28,361 nt of DNA from a virus (taxonomy: Duplodnaviria; Heunggongvirae; Uroviricota; Caudoviricetes), in the IMG/VR virus record IMGVR_UViG_2698536339_000017, one strand, 5' to 3'. The notes under the pieces are model-generated. The model ran no database searches, was not told the origin of the DNA, and saw nothing but the letters and a program-made list of their open reading frames with translations. Below are positions 8,130 through 16,559 of the stretch, in pieces (positions within the stretch are counted from its first letter, which is position 1; every line of letters starts with the position of its first letter). A program made the translations under genes and the position numbers.

Positions 8130-8593
8130 CAGATAAGCTCCACTGTGCAGTGCGGCGCATCCTGTACCCGGCAGATGGCCCAGCGGGCGTCACGCCACAA
8201 ATCACCGCTGGCTTCTGCCAGTTCCTCGCCCCGCTTCACACCGGATGCCGTGGCGTCATAGTCCTGGTAACGTTCGTTGAGCATGGCGCGAGCCCAGCAG
8301 TAAACCGCGTTGAAATAGTGCTGAATTCGCTCGCTTTTCCCGTCCAGCTGTTCCGCCGGAACCTCTGCCAGCGAGGCATATCCCAGCATCTGCTGGCGTC
8401 TGCGAAACTCATACAGCTCTGCGTTGACCTCCGAAATTGCCGACAGCGCAACCTGCTTTAAACGCGGCTGCGTCACCGTGCCGTCAGTGCGCATCACACT
8501 GCGAAACTCCGACAGGTCCACATCAGGCCAGAACGGCGTATTTCTGATGATTTCCGCCTGTTCCGGTGCCTGTTCTGGCGCAACAAACTTCAT
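8129..8593 (-). CDS. L: Head completion/stabilisation protein L
   Basis: Similar to P2 gpL. Start set at MKFVAPEQ (8593), which has an AGGAG-type RBS upstream; the longest ORF extends to 8656. Confidence 0.75.
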   Translation of the reverse strand: MKFVAPEQAPEQAEIIRNTPFWPDVDLSEFRSVMRTDGTVTQPRLKQVALSAISEVNAELYEFRRRQQMLGYASLAEVPAEQLDGKSERIQHYFNAVYCWARAMLNERYQDYDATASGVKRGEELAEASGDLWRDARWAICRVQDAPHCTVELI

Positions 8594-8688
8594 GCTGCTT
8601 TCTCCTGAAATAGAGGGCGGTGGACGGGGTTTTGATGTGGCAGTGCCTTTCGCCACCCCGTGCCGCCCGTGCGCGGGGGCACGTTCTG

Positions 8689-9339
8689 TCAGCGGCTGTC
8701 ATTGCGCAGTCTGCGCTCCAGCTGCTGTTTGTCTTTTTTCACGCCACAGCGGGGATCGAGCTGCAACGCATGGTTGAGATGATTAAGGGCGGAAGCCGGA
8801 TTGCTTTCACTCAGGACAGCGCCAATCGCTTTATGCAGACGCGCCCGTGACTGGTCCGGCATATCCAGACCGTCTGTCAGCTCCAGCGTCTGCAACAACA
8901 GATCGGCATCAAAGCCGGTGGCGGCAAGCATTGCGCTCTGCGCGGCGTCTGACATTTCCTCTGCCAGCACGGTCTGCACATTGCGGTTACCCAGTGGCAT
9001 CACCCAGCCATGACGTAGGGCATGACGCCCGATCTCCAGCGCCCCGGCATAATCTCCGGCATCAATGCGCCACAGCATCACGTACATCAGCACGTCATCC
9101 TGTTGAGTGCCTCCGGCAGCCAGGACACCCTCTGCCCAGGCAGCGTATTTCGGCAGCAGCTCCACCTTGATTTCCGCTTTTTTGACCGTGGACTGAACGC
9201 CCTTGAGACGGCGGCGGTCTTCCGCCAGTTGCAGCAGCATCAGGTCATAGCCCGACGCGTGGCGAACACTGCCGCCCTCGCGGGCGGCCTGTTCAGCCTG
9301 AACGCGCAGGCGATGCTGCCGTGCGGGACTCAGGCTCAT
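8689..9339 (-). CDS. M: Terminase endonuclease (small) subunit M
   Basis: 216 aa with ...DDVLMYVMLWRIDAGDYAGALEIGRHALRHGWVMP..., similar to P2 gpM. Confidence 0.85.
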   Translation of the reverse strand: MSLSPARQHRLRVQAEQAAREGGSVRHASGYDLMLLQLAEDRRRLKGVQSTVKKAEIKVELLPKYAAWAEGVLAAGGTQQDDVLMYVMLWRIDAGDYAGALEIGRHALRHGWVMPLGNRNVQTVLAEEMSDAAQSAMLAATGFDADLLLQTLELTDGLDMPDQSRARLHKAIGAVLSESNPASALNHLNHALQLDPRCGVKKDKQQLERRLRNDSR

Positions 9340-9342
9340 GAA

Positions 9343-10401
9343 TTACGCTCCGGTTTCTGCTGCGGCGGCGCTGAAGTCGCCAATCTGGATGTTTTCCACC
9401 AGTGCGGCACAGCGGTAGTCCTCAACCACATAGGCTTCGTTAACGGATTCAAAGTTTTCAATCCGGTCACGTTTCGGGTTGTCGATAACTGAACGGCGGC
9501 GGGTGTCTTCCTGCCAGTAGATGGACAGGTTATCCAGACGGGTAATCAGCAGTGCATTCGGCGGGAAGAACGGCGCACGCACGGCCTGCAGGCCCCCCAT
9601 GCGTTTCTGGCTGATGATCATATCGGCAGCCAGTTTTTCACTGTTTTCCTGCTCTTTGTTGACCAGCGGGAAATACTTGTCAGACAGCAGTTCACGACCG
9701 CAAATCACCACCAGATCGTCATCGTCCTGGTAGACCACGTCGATAAGCTCATTGACGGCATCCATCACCACGGCGTCCAGGTTGGCATATTCGCCACCTT
9801 TCCCGACTTTCACTGCGCCCGGTGTGGTTTCACCGCCCGTGGTGGTGCTGCCCATGACGTGATCCGGTGCATCCTCACGGATTTTCTGCAGCCAGCCTTT
9901 ATTCACATCCTGCAGTAGCGGGTTTTCGCTACGGTTGGAGGTTTTCGCACGCTTCACGCCGTTAAAGCCGATCATGATGCGGTCCAGTGCCTGACGTTTC
10001 ACGATGGCGTCACGGATACGCACCTGAAAATCCTGAAACTTCGCCCACAGGTCCAGCTTCGCGTAGGTCAGCACCGTGTCAAAGTTGGTCTGCTCGCATT
10101 TATATTCCACATCGACCATCAGCGTCGGATCGACAGGTTCACGCTCTTTCGCGGTGGTATCAGTGGTTCCGGCAATGGTGCTGCCAACTCCCAACCCCAG
10201 CAGCTGACCGGACTGCTCAGTCACTGGCGTGACGTTAATCAGCGTCAGGAAAGCGGCGGACTGCTGGATCTGGTCTTCCAATGTCTGCTGCACGGACGGC
10301 TCTACGGTGAACTTGCTGGACAGTTCTTCAACTGCCACACCGTTCAGACGCGCCAGCTGCTGCAGGTAAGCGTTAAAAGCCAAGCGGGTATTCTTCTTCA
10401 T
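9343..10401 (-). CDS. N: Major capsid protein N
   Basis: 352 aa, similar to P2 gpN across its length. Confidence 0.9.
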   Translation of the reverse strand: MKKNTRLAFNAYLQQLARLNGVAVEELSSKFTVEPSVQQTLEDQIQQSAAFLTLINVTPVTEQSGQLLGLGVGSTIAGTTDTTAKEREPVDPTLMVDVEYKCEQTNFDTVLTYAKLDLWAKFQDFQVRIRDAIVKRQALDRIMIGFNGVKRAKTSNRSENPLLQDVNKGWLQKIREDAPDHVMGSTTTGGETTPGAVKVGKGGEYANLDAVVMDAVNELIDVVYQDDDDLVVICGRELLSDKYFPLVNKEQENSEKLAADMIISQKRMGGLQAVRAPFFPPNALLITRLDNLSIYWQEDTRRRSVIDNPKRDRIENFESVNEAYVVEDYRCAALVENIQIGDFSAAAAETGA

Positions 10402-10417
10402 CGGGTTTTGTGCTCCA

Positions 10418-11251
10418 TCAGCAATTGGTCAGAGTGTCAGCGGGGGCGTTACCGCCTGTTGCACGCTGGCGGTAGTCCTGGCGGCTGTCTTCATGACTCA
10501 GCTTATTCACCAGTTCGTTAAAGGCGGTCTGCTGTGCCTGCAGGGCAGTCTCCAGCTCAGACAGACGTTCTTCCTGCTCAGACAGGGATTTTTCGGTCCG
10601 TGCGCTCAGGTTCTGCTGCTCAGTGGCGACCAGCTCCACGGCCTTATGCACATCAGAGAACCGGGCATCGTCGGACTGCTCTTTTTTGGTGAACAGCGCC
10701 GTGACGCGGGCAAACAGGGACGGCTTGTCCTCCTGGATTTCTTCCAGTTCGATCACCGTTTCCTCTGCGGCGGTAAAGAGATTGGCGGGATTCTGCTTGC
10801 GGTTTGCCAGCGGGTTATGGGCTGCACTGGCGCTGAATGTCAGCATTTCAGTGCCCAGACTGGCAGGGTCATCAGTGGCAGCCAGCCCGACCAGGTAGGC
10901 TTTGCCCGTATCAGCAAACTTTGGGCTGACTTCCATAGAGGTGAATAATTTCTGGCCTTTTTTCACCAGATCCACCAGGGACTCTGTTGGCTCAACGTCG
11001 GCATACAGCGCCATCTTGCCTGCCAGCGGACCTTCCGTGATTTCTTCAGCAAACAGCGCCGTCACCTTGCCGTAGCGGTTAAAGGTGCTGTCCGGCAGAT
11101 AAGACTTGATGTGCTCAAGGTTAATCAGCGCGGTATACACCGCCGGGTTGTAGCTGGCTGCCATCTGTTCCAGCCATTCACGCTGGATTTCGCGTCCGTC
11201 GGTGGTGGCACCTTCCACCCCGATGCGAAAACGCTTTGCTTTCACTGTCAT
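10418..11251 (-). CDS. O: Capsid scaffolding protein O
   Basis: 277 aa; position and composition (acidic coiled-coil C-terminal part) match P2 gpO. Confidence 0.8.
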   Translation of the reverse strand: MTVKAKRFRIGVEGATTDGREIQREWLEQMAASYNPAVYTALINLEHIKSYLPDSTFNRYGKVTALFAEEITEGPLAGKMALYADVEPTESLVDLVKKGQKLFTSMEVSPKFADTGKAYLVGLAATDDPASLGTEMLTFSASAAHNPLANRKQNPANLFTAAEETVIELEEIQEDKPSLFARVTALFTKKEQSDDARFSDVHKAVELVATEQQNLSARTEKSLSEQEERLSELETALQAQQTAFNELVNKLSHEDSRQDYRQRATGGNAPADTLTNC

Positions 11252-11329
11252 GAGCCGTGCTCCGTTAGAAAAAACTTACTGGAGCCTTATGGTTGCGGTG
11301 ATGGGGGCAGTGAAACAATGCGCGGTATT

Positions 11330-11347
11330 TGTACCGACAACCACACA
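11330..11347. promoter_or_regulatory. TGT-N12-ACA Ogr-type late promoter box in the divergent P/O intergenic region
   Basis: TGTACCGACAACCACACA. Centre is about 87 bp from the O start codon, compatible with a -55 activator site plus about 30-nt leader for the O operon. No second clean box for P was found. Confidence 0.45.
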
Positions 11348-11393
11348 AACCGCAGGCGGGGAAAGCCTTCATTCAAGGCTGTAGGTTTGTGCC

Positions 11394-13160
11394 ATGAACA
11401 CCACACTGACACCCGCAGATCTCGATCCCCGTCGGCAGGCCATGCTGCTGTACTTTCAGGGATACCGCGTAGCCCGCATTGCTGAAATGCTGGGCGAGAA
11501 AGTTGCAACCGTTCACAGCTGGAAAAAACGCGACAAGTGGGGTGACTATGGGCCGCTGGATCAGATGCAGCTCACCACCGCCGCACGTTACTGCCAGCTC
11601 ATTATGAAGGAGCACAAAGAAGGGAAAGATTTCAAAGAAATTGATCTGCTGGCGCGCCAGTCGGAGCGCCACGCGCGGATCGGCAAGTTTAACAATGGCG
11701 GCAACGAAGCCGATTTAAACCCTAACGTCGCCAACCGCAACAAAGGCCCGCGCCGTCAGCCTGAAAAGAATGTTTTCACCGATGAACAGATTGAGAAGCT
11801 GGAAGAAATCTTCCATTCCTCCATGTTCAACTACCAGCGTCACTGGTGGGAAGCCGGAAAAACCAACCGCATCCGCAACCTGCTGAAGTCACGCCAGATC
11901 GGCGCGACCTTCTATTTTGCCCGTGAAGCCCTGATTGACGCCCTGCTAACCGGACGTAACCAGATTTTCCTTTCTGCCAGTAAGGCACAGGCGCACGTCT
12001 TTAAGCAGTACATCATCGACTTCGCCAAAGAAGTGGAAGTGGAGCTGAAAGGCGATCCGATGGTGCTTCCCAACGGGGCCACACTGTATTTCCTCGGCAC
12101 CAATGCCCGCACTGCCCAGAGTTACCACGGCAACCTGTATCTGGATGAATATTTCTGGATACCGAAATTCCAGGAGCTGCGCAAAGTGGCTTCCGGTATG
12201 GCTATTCACAAAAAATGGCGACAAACCTATTTTTCCACGCCATCCAGCCTGACCCACAGTGCTTATCCGTTCTGGTCCGGTGCGCTGTTCAACCGTGGAC
12301 GCAACAAAGCCGACAAGGTGGACATCGACCTGTCCCACAGCAATCTGGCCCCCGGCCTGCTGTGCGCAGACGGGCAATACCGCCAGATAGTCACCGTAGA
12401 AGATGCGGTGCGCGGCGGCTGTAACCTGTTCGACCTTGACCAGTTGCGCATGGAATACAGCCCGGACGAATACCAGAACCTGCTGATGTGTGAGTTCGTG
12501 GACGATCTCGCGTCCGTGTTCCCGCTCAGCGAGCTGCAGGCGTGCATGGTGGACAGTTGGGAAGTCTGGACCGACTTTCATGCACTGGCCCTGCGCCCGT
12601 TTGGCTGGCGCGAAGTGTGGATCGGTTATGACCCGGCAAAAGGTACGCAGAACGGCGACAGCGCCGGATGCGTGGTGGTGGCACCGCCAGCCGTGCCGGG
12701 CGGTAAGTTCCGCATTCTTGAGCGTCACCAGTGGCGCGGGATGGACTTCCGCGCCCAGGCTGATGCAATCAAAAAACTGACCGAGCAGTACAACGTGACC
12801 TACATCGGCATCGACTCGACAGGTGTCGGCCACGGGGTTTACGAGAACGTGAAAGCGTTTTTTCCAGCCGTCCGGGAGTTTGTCTACAACCCCAACGTTA
12901 AAAACGCCCTGGTACTCAAGGCCTACGACATTATCAGTCACCGTCGTCTGGAGTTTGACGCCGGACACACCGACATAGCGCAGTCATTTATGGCAATCCG
13001 TCGCGCCACCACCGCCAGCGGCAACCGCCCAACCTATGAAGCCAGCCGCAGCGAAGAAGCCAGCCATGCCGATCTGGCCTGGGCAACAATGCACGCACTG
13101 TTTAACGAACCGCTGCAGGGCGAGTCCGCCAATACCAGCAATATTGTGGAGATTTTTTGA
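11394..13160 (+). CDS. P: Terminase ATPase (large) subunit P
   Basis: 588 aa, similar to P2 gpP. Divergent from O as in P2. Confidence 0.9.
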   Translation: MNTTLTPADLDPRRQAMLLYFQGYRVARIAEMLGEKVATVHSWKKRDKWGDYGPLDQMQLTTAARYCQLIMKEHKEGKDFKEIDLLARQSERHARIGKFNNGGNEADLNPNVANRNKGPRRQPEKNVFTDEQIEKLEEIFHSSMFNYQRHWWEAGKTNRIRNLLKSRQIGATFYFAREALIDALLTGRNQIFLSASKAQAHVFKQYIIDFAKEVEVELKGDPMVLPNGATLYFLGTNARTAQSYHGNLYLDEYFWIPKFQELRKVASGMAIHKKWRQTYFSTPSSLTHSAYPFWSGALFNRGRNKADKVDIDLSHSNLAPGLLCADGQYRQIVTVEDAVRGGCNLFDLDQLRMEYSPDEYQNLLMCEFVDDLASVFPLSELQACMVDSWEVWTDFHALALRPFGWREVWIGYDPAKGTQNGDSAGCVVVAPPAVPGGKFRILERHQWRGMDFRAQADAIKKLTEQYNVTYIGIDSTGVGHGVYENVKAFFPAVREFVYNPNVKNALVLKAYDIISHRRLEFDAGHTDIAQSFMAIRRATTASGNRPTYEASRSEEASHADLAWATMHALFNEPLQGESANTSNIVEIF

Positions 13161-14185
13161 TGGGAAAGAGTAAAAAAAACCGCGTAGCGGCGATGAATCA
13201 GATCCAGCATAAAAGCCAGACTTCAGCCGAAGCATTCAGCTTCGGCGATCCCGTTCCTGTTCTGGACCGCCGTGAACTGCTGGACTATGTGGAATGCGTA
13301 CAGACAGATCGATGGTATGAGCCGCCAGTGAGTTTTGACGGGCTGGCGCGCACCTTTCGCGCCGCCGTGCATCACAGCTCACCGATTGCGGTGAAATGCA
13401 ATATTCTGACCAGTACCTACATCCCTCACCCGCTGCTCAGCCAGCAGGCTTTTTCACGTTTTGTGCAGGACTATCTGGTATTTGGTAACGCCTACCTGGA
13501 GAAACGCACGAACCGCTTCGGTGAAGTTATCGCCCTTGAGCCTGCTCTGGCAAAATACACCCGACGCGGGTTAGACCTGGATACCTACTGGTTTGTGCAA
13601 TACGGTATGACAACCCAGCCGTATCAGTTCACGAAAGGCAGCATTTTTCATCTGATGGAACCGGACATCAACCAGGAGATCTACGGCCTGCCAGGTTATC
13701 TTTCTGCCATTCCGTCAGCCCTGCTCAACGAGTCCGCCACGCTGTTCCGCCGGAAGTATTACATTAACGGCAGTCATGCAGGCTTCATCATGTACATGAC
13801 CGATGCCGCGCAGAACCAGGAGGATGTGAACAACCTCCGCAATGCGATGAAAAGCGCCAAAGGCCCTGGCAACTTCCGCAACCTGTTTATGTACTCGCCT
13901 AACGGCAAAAAGGACGGGCTTCAGATCATCCCGTTGTCAGAAGTCGCGGCGAAGGATGAATTTCTTAACATCAAGAACGTGAGTCGGGATGACATGATGG
14001 CAGCGCATCGTGTGCCGCCACAAATGATGGGGATAATGCCTAATAATGTTGGGGGATTTGGGGATGTAGAAAAAGCTAGTAAGGTATTTGTGAAAAATGA
14101 ATTATTACCATTACAAAAAAGAATGAAAGAATTTAATCATTGGAGCGGTGAAGAAATTATAAAATTCGAGAGATATCAAATTTAG
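13157..14185 (+). CDS. Q: Portal protein Q; last about 50 codons have AT-rich codon usage (recombinant 3' end)
   Basis: 342 aa, similar to P2 gpQ including the C-terminus. Codon composition switches abruptly to AT-rich near 14030. Confidence 0.9.
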   Translation: MMGKSKKNRVAAMNQIQHKSQTSAEAFSFGDPVPVLDRRELLDYVECVQTDRWYEPPVSFDGLARTFRAAVHHSSPIAVKCNILTSTYIPHPLLSQQAFSRFVQDYLVFGNAYLEKRTNRFGEVIALEPALAKYTRRGLDLDTYWFVQYGMTTQPYQFTKGSIFHLMEPDINQEIYGLPGYLSAIPSALLNESATLFRRKYYINGSHAGFIMYMTDAAQNQEDVNNLRNAMKSAKGPGNFRNLFMYSPNGKKDGLQIIPLSEVAAKDEFLNIKNVSRDDMMAAHRVPPQMMGIMPNNVGGFGDVEKASKVFVKNELLPLQKRMKEFNHWSGEEIIKFERYQI

Positions 14186-14191
14186 CAAAGT

Positions 14192-14206
14192 GCCTCTAAA
14201 AGAGGC
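14192..14206. terminator. Short hairpin between convergent Q and DprA-like gene stops (possible bidirectional terminator)
   Basis: GCCTCT-aaa-AGAGGC inverted repeat in the 24-bp gap. Stem is short, so termination efficiency is uncertain. Confidence 0.3.
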
Positions 14207-14209
14207 GCT

Positions 14210-15184
14210 TTAAATCAAGTCTAATGTACTCTGTTTCCCTGGCCATTTTAGCTCTAACAAATACTCCCGGGACTCATTTATGATCATAATCACATCATCA
14301 TAATCCCGTTTTGTTTTTAGCGCTCTAGCCATGTTGCTCTTAACTAAATCAACTGTTCCCTCACAATTAAGATTAAGCGGATTATTAGGTAGGTGAGGTA
14401 CAACCGCAAACACTGGTCTTTTCGCCTTATTTGCAAACTCAGCTTGAGTTATCGTTCCGCTATTTAACGCAGCCTCGATTAAAATTGAACCTGCAGATAA
14501 TCCAACTTGTATCCGATTTCTTTGTACAAATGATTGTTTCTGGGCCGGCCGACCCATAGGATACTCAGAAATCCATGCACCACCTTTATCCAGAATCTCT
14601 TGAGCAAGTCGACTGTTTTGCTTCGGCTTAGCCTCCTCAAGACCATGCGCCAAGACAGCAATGGTTTTTCCTTTTGCCTGTAACGTTGCCTTGTGGGCAT
14701 TCGCATCAGTGCCTATTGCTAACCCACTTACAACAATATACCCAGCAGACACTATCTGATTAGTGATCCGCCTCGTTATTTCTTCCCCTGCAGGGGAGGT
14801 ATCACGGGATCCTACAATTGCGACACCCGGCAATTCTTTGAGTATACTTTTATCCCCTTTTATGTAGAGAATTGATGGTGGATTAGGAGTAAAAGCTAAA
14901 CTAAGAGGATAGAATTCAGACCCATATGGTATTAGCTCCACACCATTAACATGGTGGTTCTCCAATTCAGCGTTCGCTATTAGAAAATCAGTCTCAGATA
15001 TTTTATCTTTTAGAAACCCGTGGCTATTAACCATCTCAGTTAAGTCGCGTATATCACGAATAACATCAAAATCGATAAGCTCAAAGAATTTTAATACACT
15101 TTGATCAGATGCTAGCTTCCCGATTTGAATAGCTAATCCAAGTGTATTTTTTAATTCTTCTGAGTGCACTTTGCTACTCCTCAT
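14210..15184 (-). CDS. DprA/Smf-like Rossmann-fold protein (DNA_processg_A / SLOG-type domain) with about 110-aa N-terminal extension
   Basis: 324 aa with motifs GVAIVGSRDTSPAGEE...GYIVVSGLAIGTDANAHKATLQAKGKTIAVLAHGLE...GGAWISEYPMG...QRNRIQVGLSAGSILIEAALNSGT, matching the conserved DprA core. AT-rich codon usage. Overlaps the upstream gene by 11 bp. Confidence 0.8.
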   Translation of the reverse strand: MRSSKVHSEELKNTLGLAIQIGKLASDQSVLKFFELIDFDVIRDIRDLTEMVNSHGFLKDKISETDFLIANAELENHHVNGVELIPYGSEFYPLSLAFTPNPPSILYIKGDKSILKELPGVAIVGSRDTSPAGEEITRRITNQIVSAGYIVVSGLAIGTDANAHKATLQAKGKTIAVLAHGLEEAKPKQNSRLAQEILDKGGAWISEYPMGRPAQKQSFVQRNRIQVGLSAGSILIEAALNSGTITQAEFANKAKRPVFAVVPHLPNNPLNLNCEGTVDLVKSNMARALKTKRDYDDVIMIINESREYLLELKWPGKQSTLDLI

Positions 15185-15749
15185 AGTTTGCAGTTTCTAG
15201 CAGAGCTAATGGCATTATAACTCCAGCTCCTGCAGACTCCAGTAAATAAAAACACGCAGACAAACTACCGCCTGTTGTTTTAACATCATCTAGTAGTAAC
15301 ACATTTCGCCCCATGAGGTTACCACCCCTAACTCTGATACTAGACATGTGACCAGTAATTGAGCGATCTCCTCCTTCACGATGTGCGCTAGGAACAGTGC
15401 GTGTTCTTTCCAAACAGCAATCAACAATGCCCCGACGGTGAACATTTACGATTCGCTCGGCGACCTCAATCAAAGCCGGTGAAATTCTGCCTTCAGTGTG
15501 AGACGGGACAACTGCTATCGAAAAAGGAGACTCAACAAAACGCCCACCGCCACCTCTGATTACTAACCGCCCAACCTTATCTATAGCTAATCGAGAAAAA
15601 CGGTTAATGGCCCTTTGATGATTACGATTATTTTCATCCTTAAAATCCATCATCTGCCTTGATAGTTCATCGCTATGAGGGTTGCGCTCTCCCAAATGCC
15701 AGTAGGGGTGATACAAGCCACACGATGTAATACTTACGGGTAAAAGCAT
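15174..15749 (-). CDS. ComF-like phosphoribosyltransferase-domain protein
   Basis: 191 aa with a PRPP-binding-type motif NVLLLDDVKTTGGSL near the C-terminus. No obvious N-terminal four-Cys zinc finger. Weak RBS, so the exact start is uncertain. First gene of a two-gene operon with the DprA-like gene. Confidence 0.7.
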   Translation of the reverse strand: MLLPVSITSCGLYHPYWHLGERNPHSDELSRQMMDFKDENNRNHQRAINRFSRLAIDKVGRLVIRGGGGRFVESPFSIAVVPSHTEGRISPALIEVAERIVNVHRRGIVDCCLERTRTVPSAHREGGDRSITGHMSSIRVRGGNLMGRNVLLLDDVKTTGGSLSACFYLLESAGAGVIMPLALLETANYEE

Positions 15750-15879
15750 TCTTTATTCTCATGTAGTCCTAACTCAAACAATGTTAAGCGAAATGATATT
15801 TCATAGACAAACACAAATTTAAGAATAATCTCAATGATCACATTTTTGATTATGAAACAAAGCCAAGAGTTAGCGCGCG

Positions 15880-15898
15880 CTCGTATCCCCGCCACGCC
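15880..15898 (-). other. Candidate cos (cohesive end) core inside a GC-rich island
   Basis: Minus strand reads GGCGTGGCGGGGATACGAG followed by CGCGCGCTAAC. The first 13 nt match the P2/186-family cohesive-end sequence GGCG(A/T)GGCGGGGA as I recall it, and the following GCGCGCT(A/G)AC resembles the sequence next to P2 cos. The island is GC-rich within AT-rich surroundings. Memory-based, not aligned. Confidence 0.35.
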
Positions 15899-16277
15899 TG
15901 CCCGCTTTATGCAGTGGTTTTCATGCACATGCATGACATGAGCAAAAGCCCGCCAGTTCTGGCGGATCTGAGCAAAGACGATCCTCAATCGATCATGCGA
16001 TTTCATGCAGCATAGTCATGCACTGTCAAGGAAGTGAAAATCCGTATCTGAATGGCCACTTGAAAAACGGATCATACGGGTTTACAAAGATGAATGTTCG
16101 CTGTGAACGGGAAGCGGAAGTTAACTTTCAGATAACATAATCCATATGCACGAGAACCTCTAAAATAGAATGGGACACCTAAGCGGGGTACTTACAACGA
16201 TTCTTTCCATATTCACAGTTAACACTCTGTTTGGCGTATTTTTATTCAAATAGCAAACACCAATAAAAGGAGTTTCC

Positions 16278-16559
16278 ATGAACAATATTCCCCCTATACC
16301 ACAGTTAGGAATTTATGTCTCAAAAATCGATCCCACCCTACGTATCACTGTAACCGATGTTGATATTGTTGATGGTGAGGATGATTCTCCTGATGATGAA
16401 TTGTTTTATTTAGTCCACTGGATCGAGGGGGAAGATGAAAGTGATATGACAGCAATGGGATTTGAGCTAGACCCAGTAGAGTGGCAGGCTTTCGTTGAAT
16501 CTGAGCAATTAGTGTTTGAGCGTGATGATCCTACCCACGTAATATGGACACAGGCCTAA
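16278..16559 (+). CDS. Small, very acidic protein of unknown function; native 3' end replaced by IS3 terminal sequence
   Basis: Good RBS (AAAAGGAG) 6 bp upstream of ATG. About 82 native codons with roughly 29 percent Asp/Glu. The last 11 codons (PTHVIWTQA and stop) are encoded by the IS3 terminal inverted repeat starting at 16526. Confidence 0.5.

Noticed and set aside
11351-11367. Second cos-like motif (GGCGGGGAAAGC, a 12-mer shared with the P2 cos core as I recall it) in the P/O intergenic region
   Set aside because: The location between divergent late promoters is inconsistent with P2-family cos placement, and it lacks the GCGCGC flank seen at the 15880 candidate. It may be coincidental or regulatory, and only end-mapping can settle it.
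11946-12968. 340-aa minus-strand ORF inside terminase gene P
   Set aside because: Fully contained antisense within a conserved terminase gene; no start context and no recognisable domain.
15734-16006. 90-aa minus-strand ORF spanning the GC-rich island
   Set aside because: It overlaps the PRTase start and the cos-like element, has no RBS and has odd composition; more likely a non-coding regulatory or packaging region.
15880-16200. Possible structured ncRNA (retron-like msr/msd) in the GC-rich part of the intergenic region
   Set aside because: No reverse transcriptase gene is present and I could not identify the flanking a1/a2 inverted repeats; the cos-like interpretation explains the GC island more simply. 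Not excluded.
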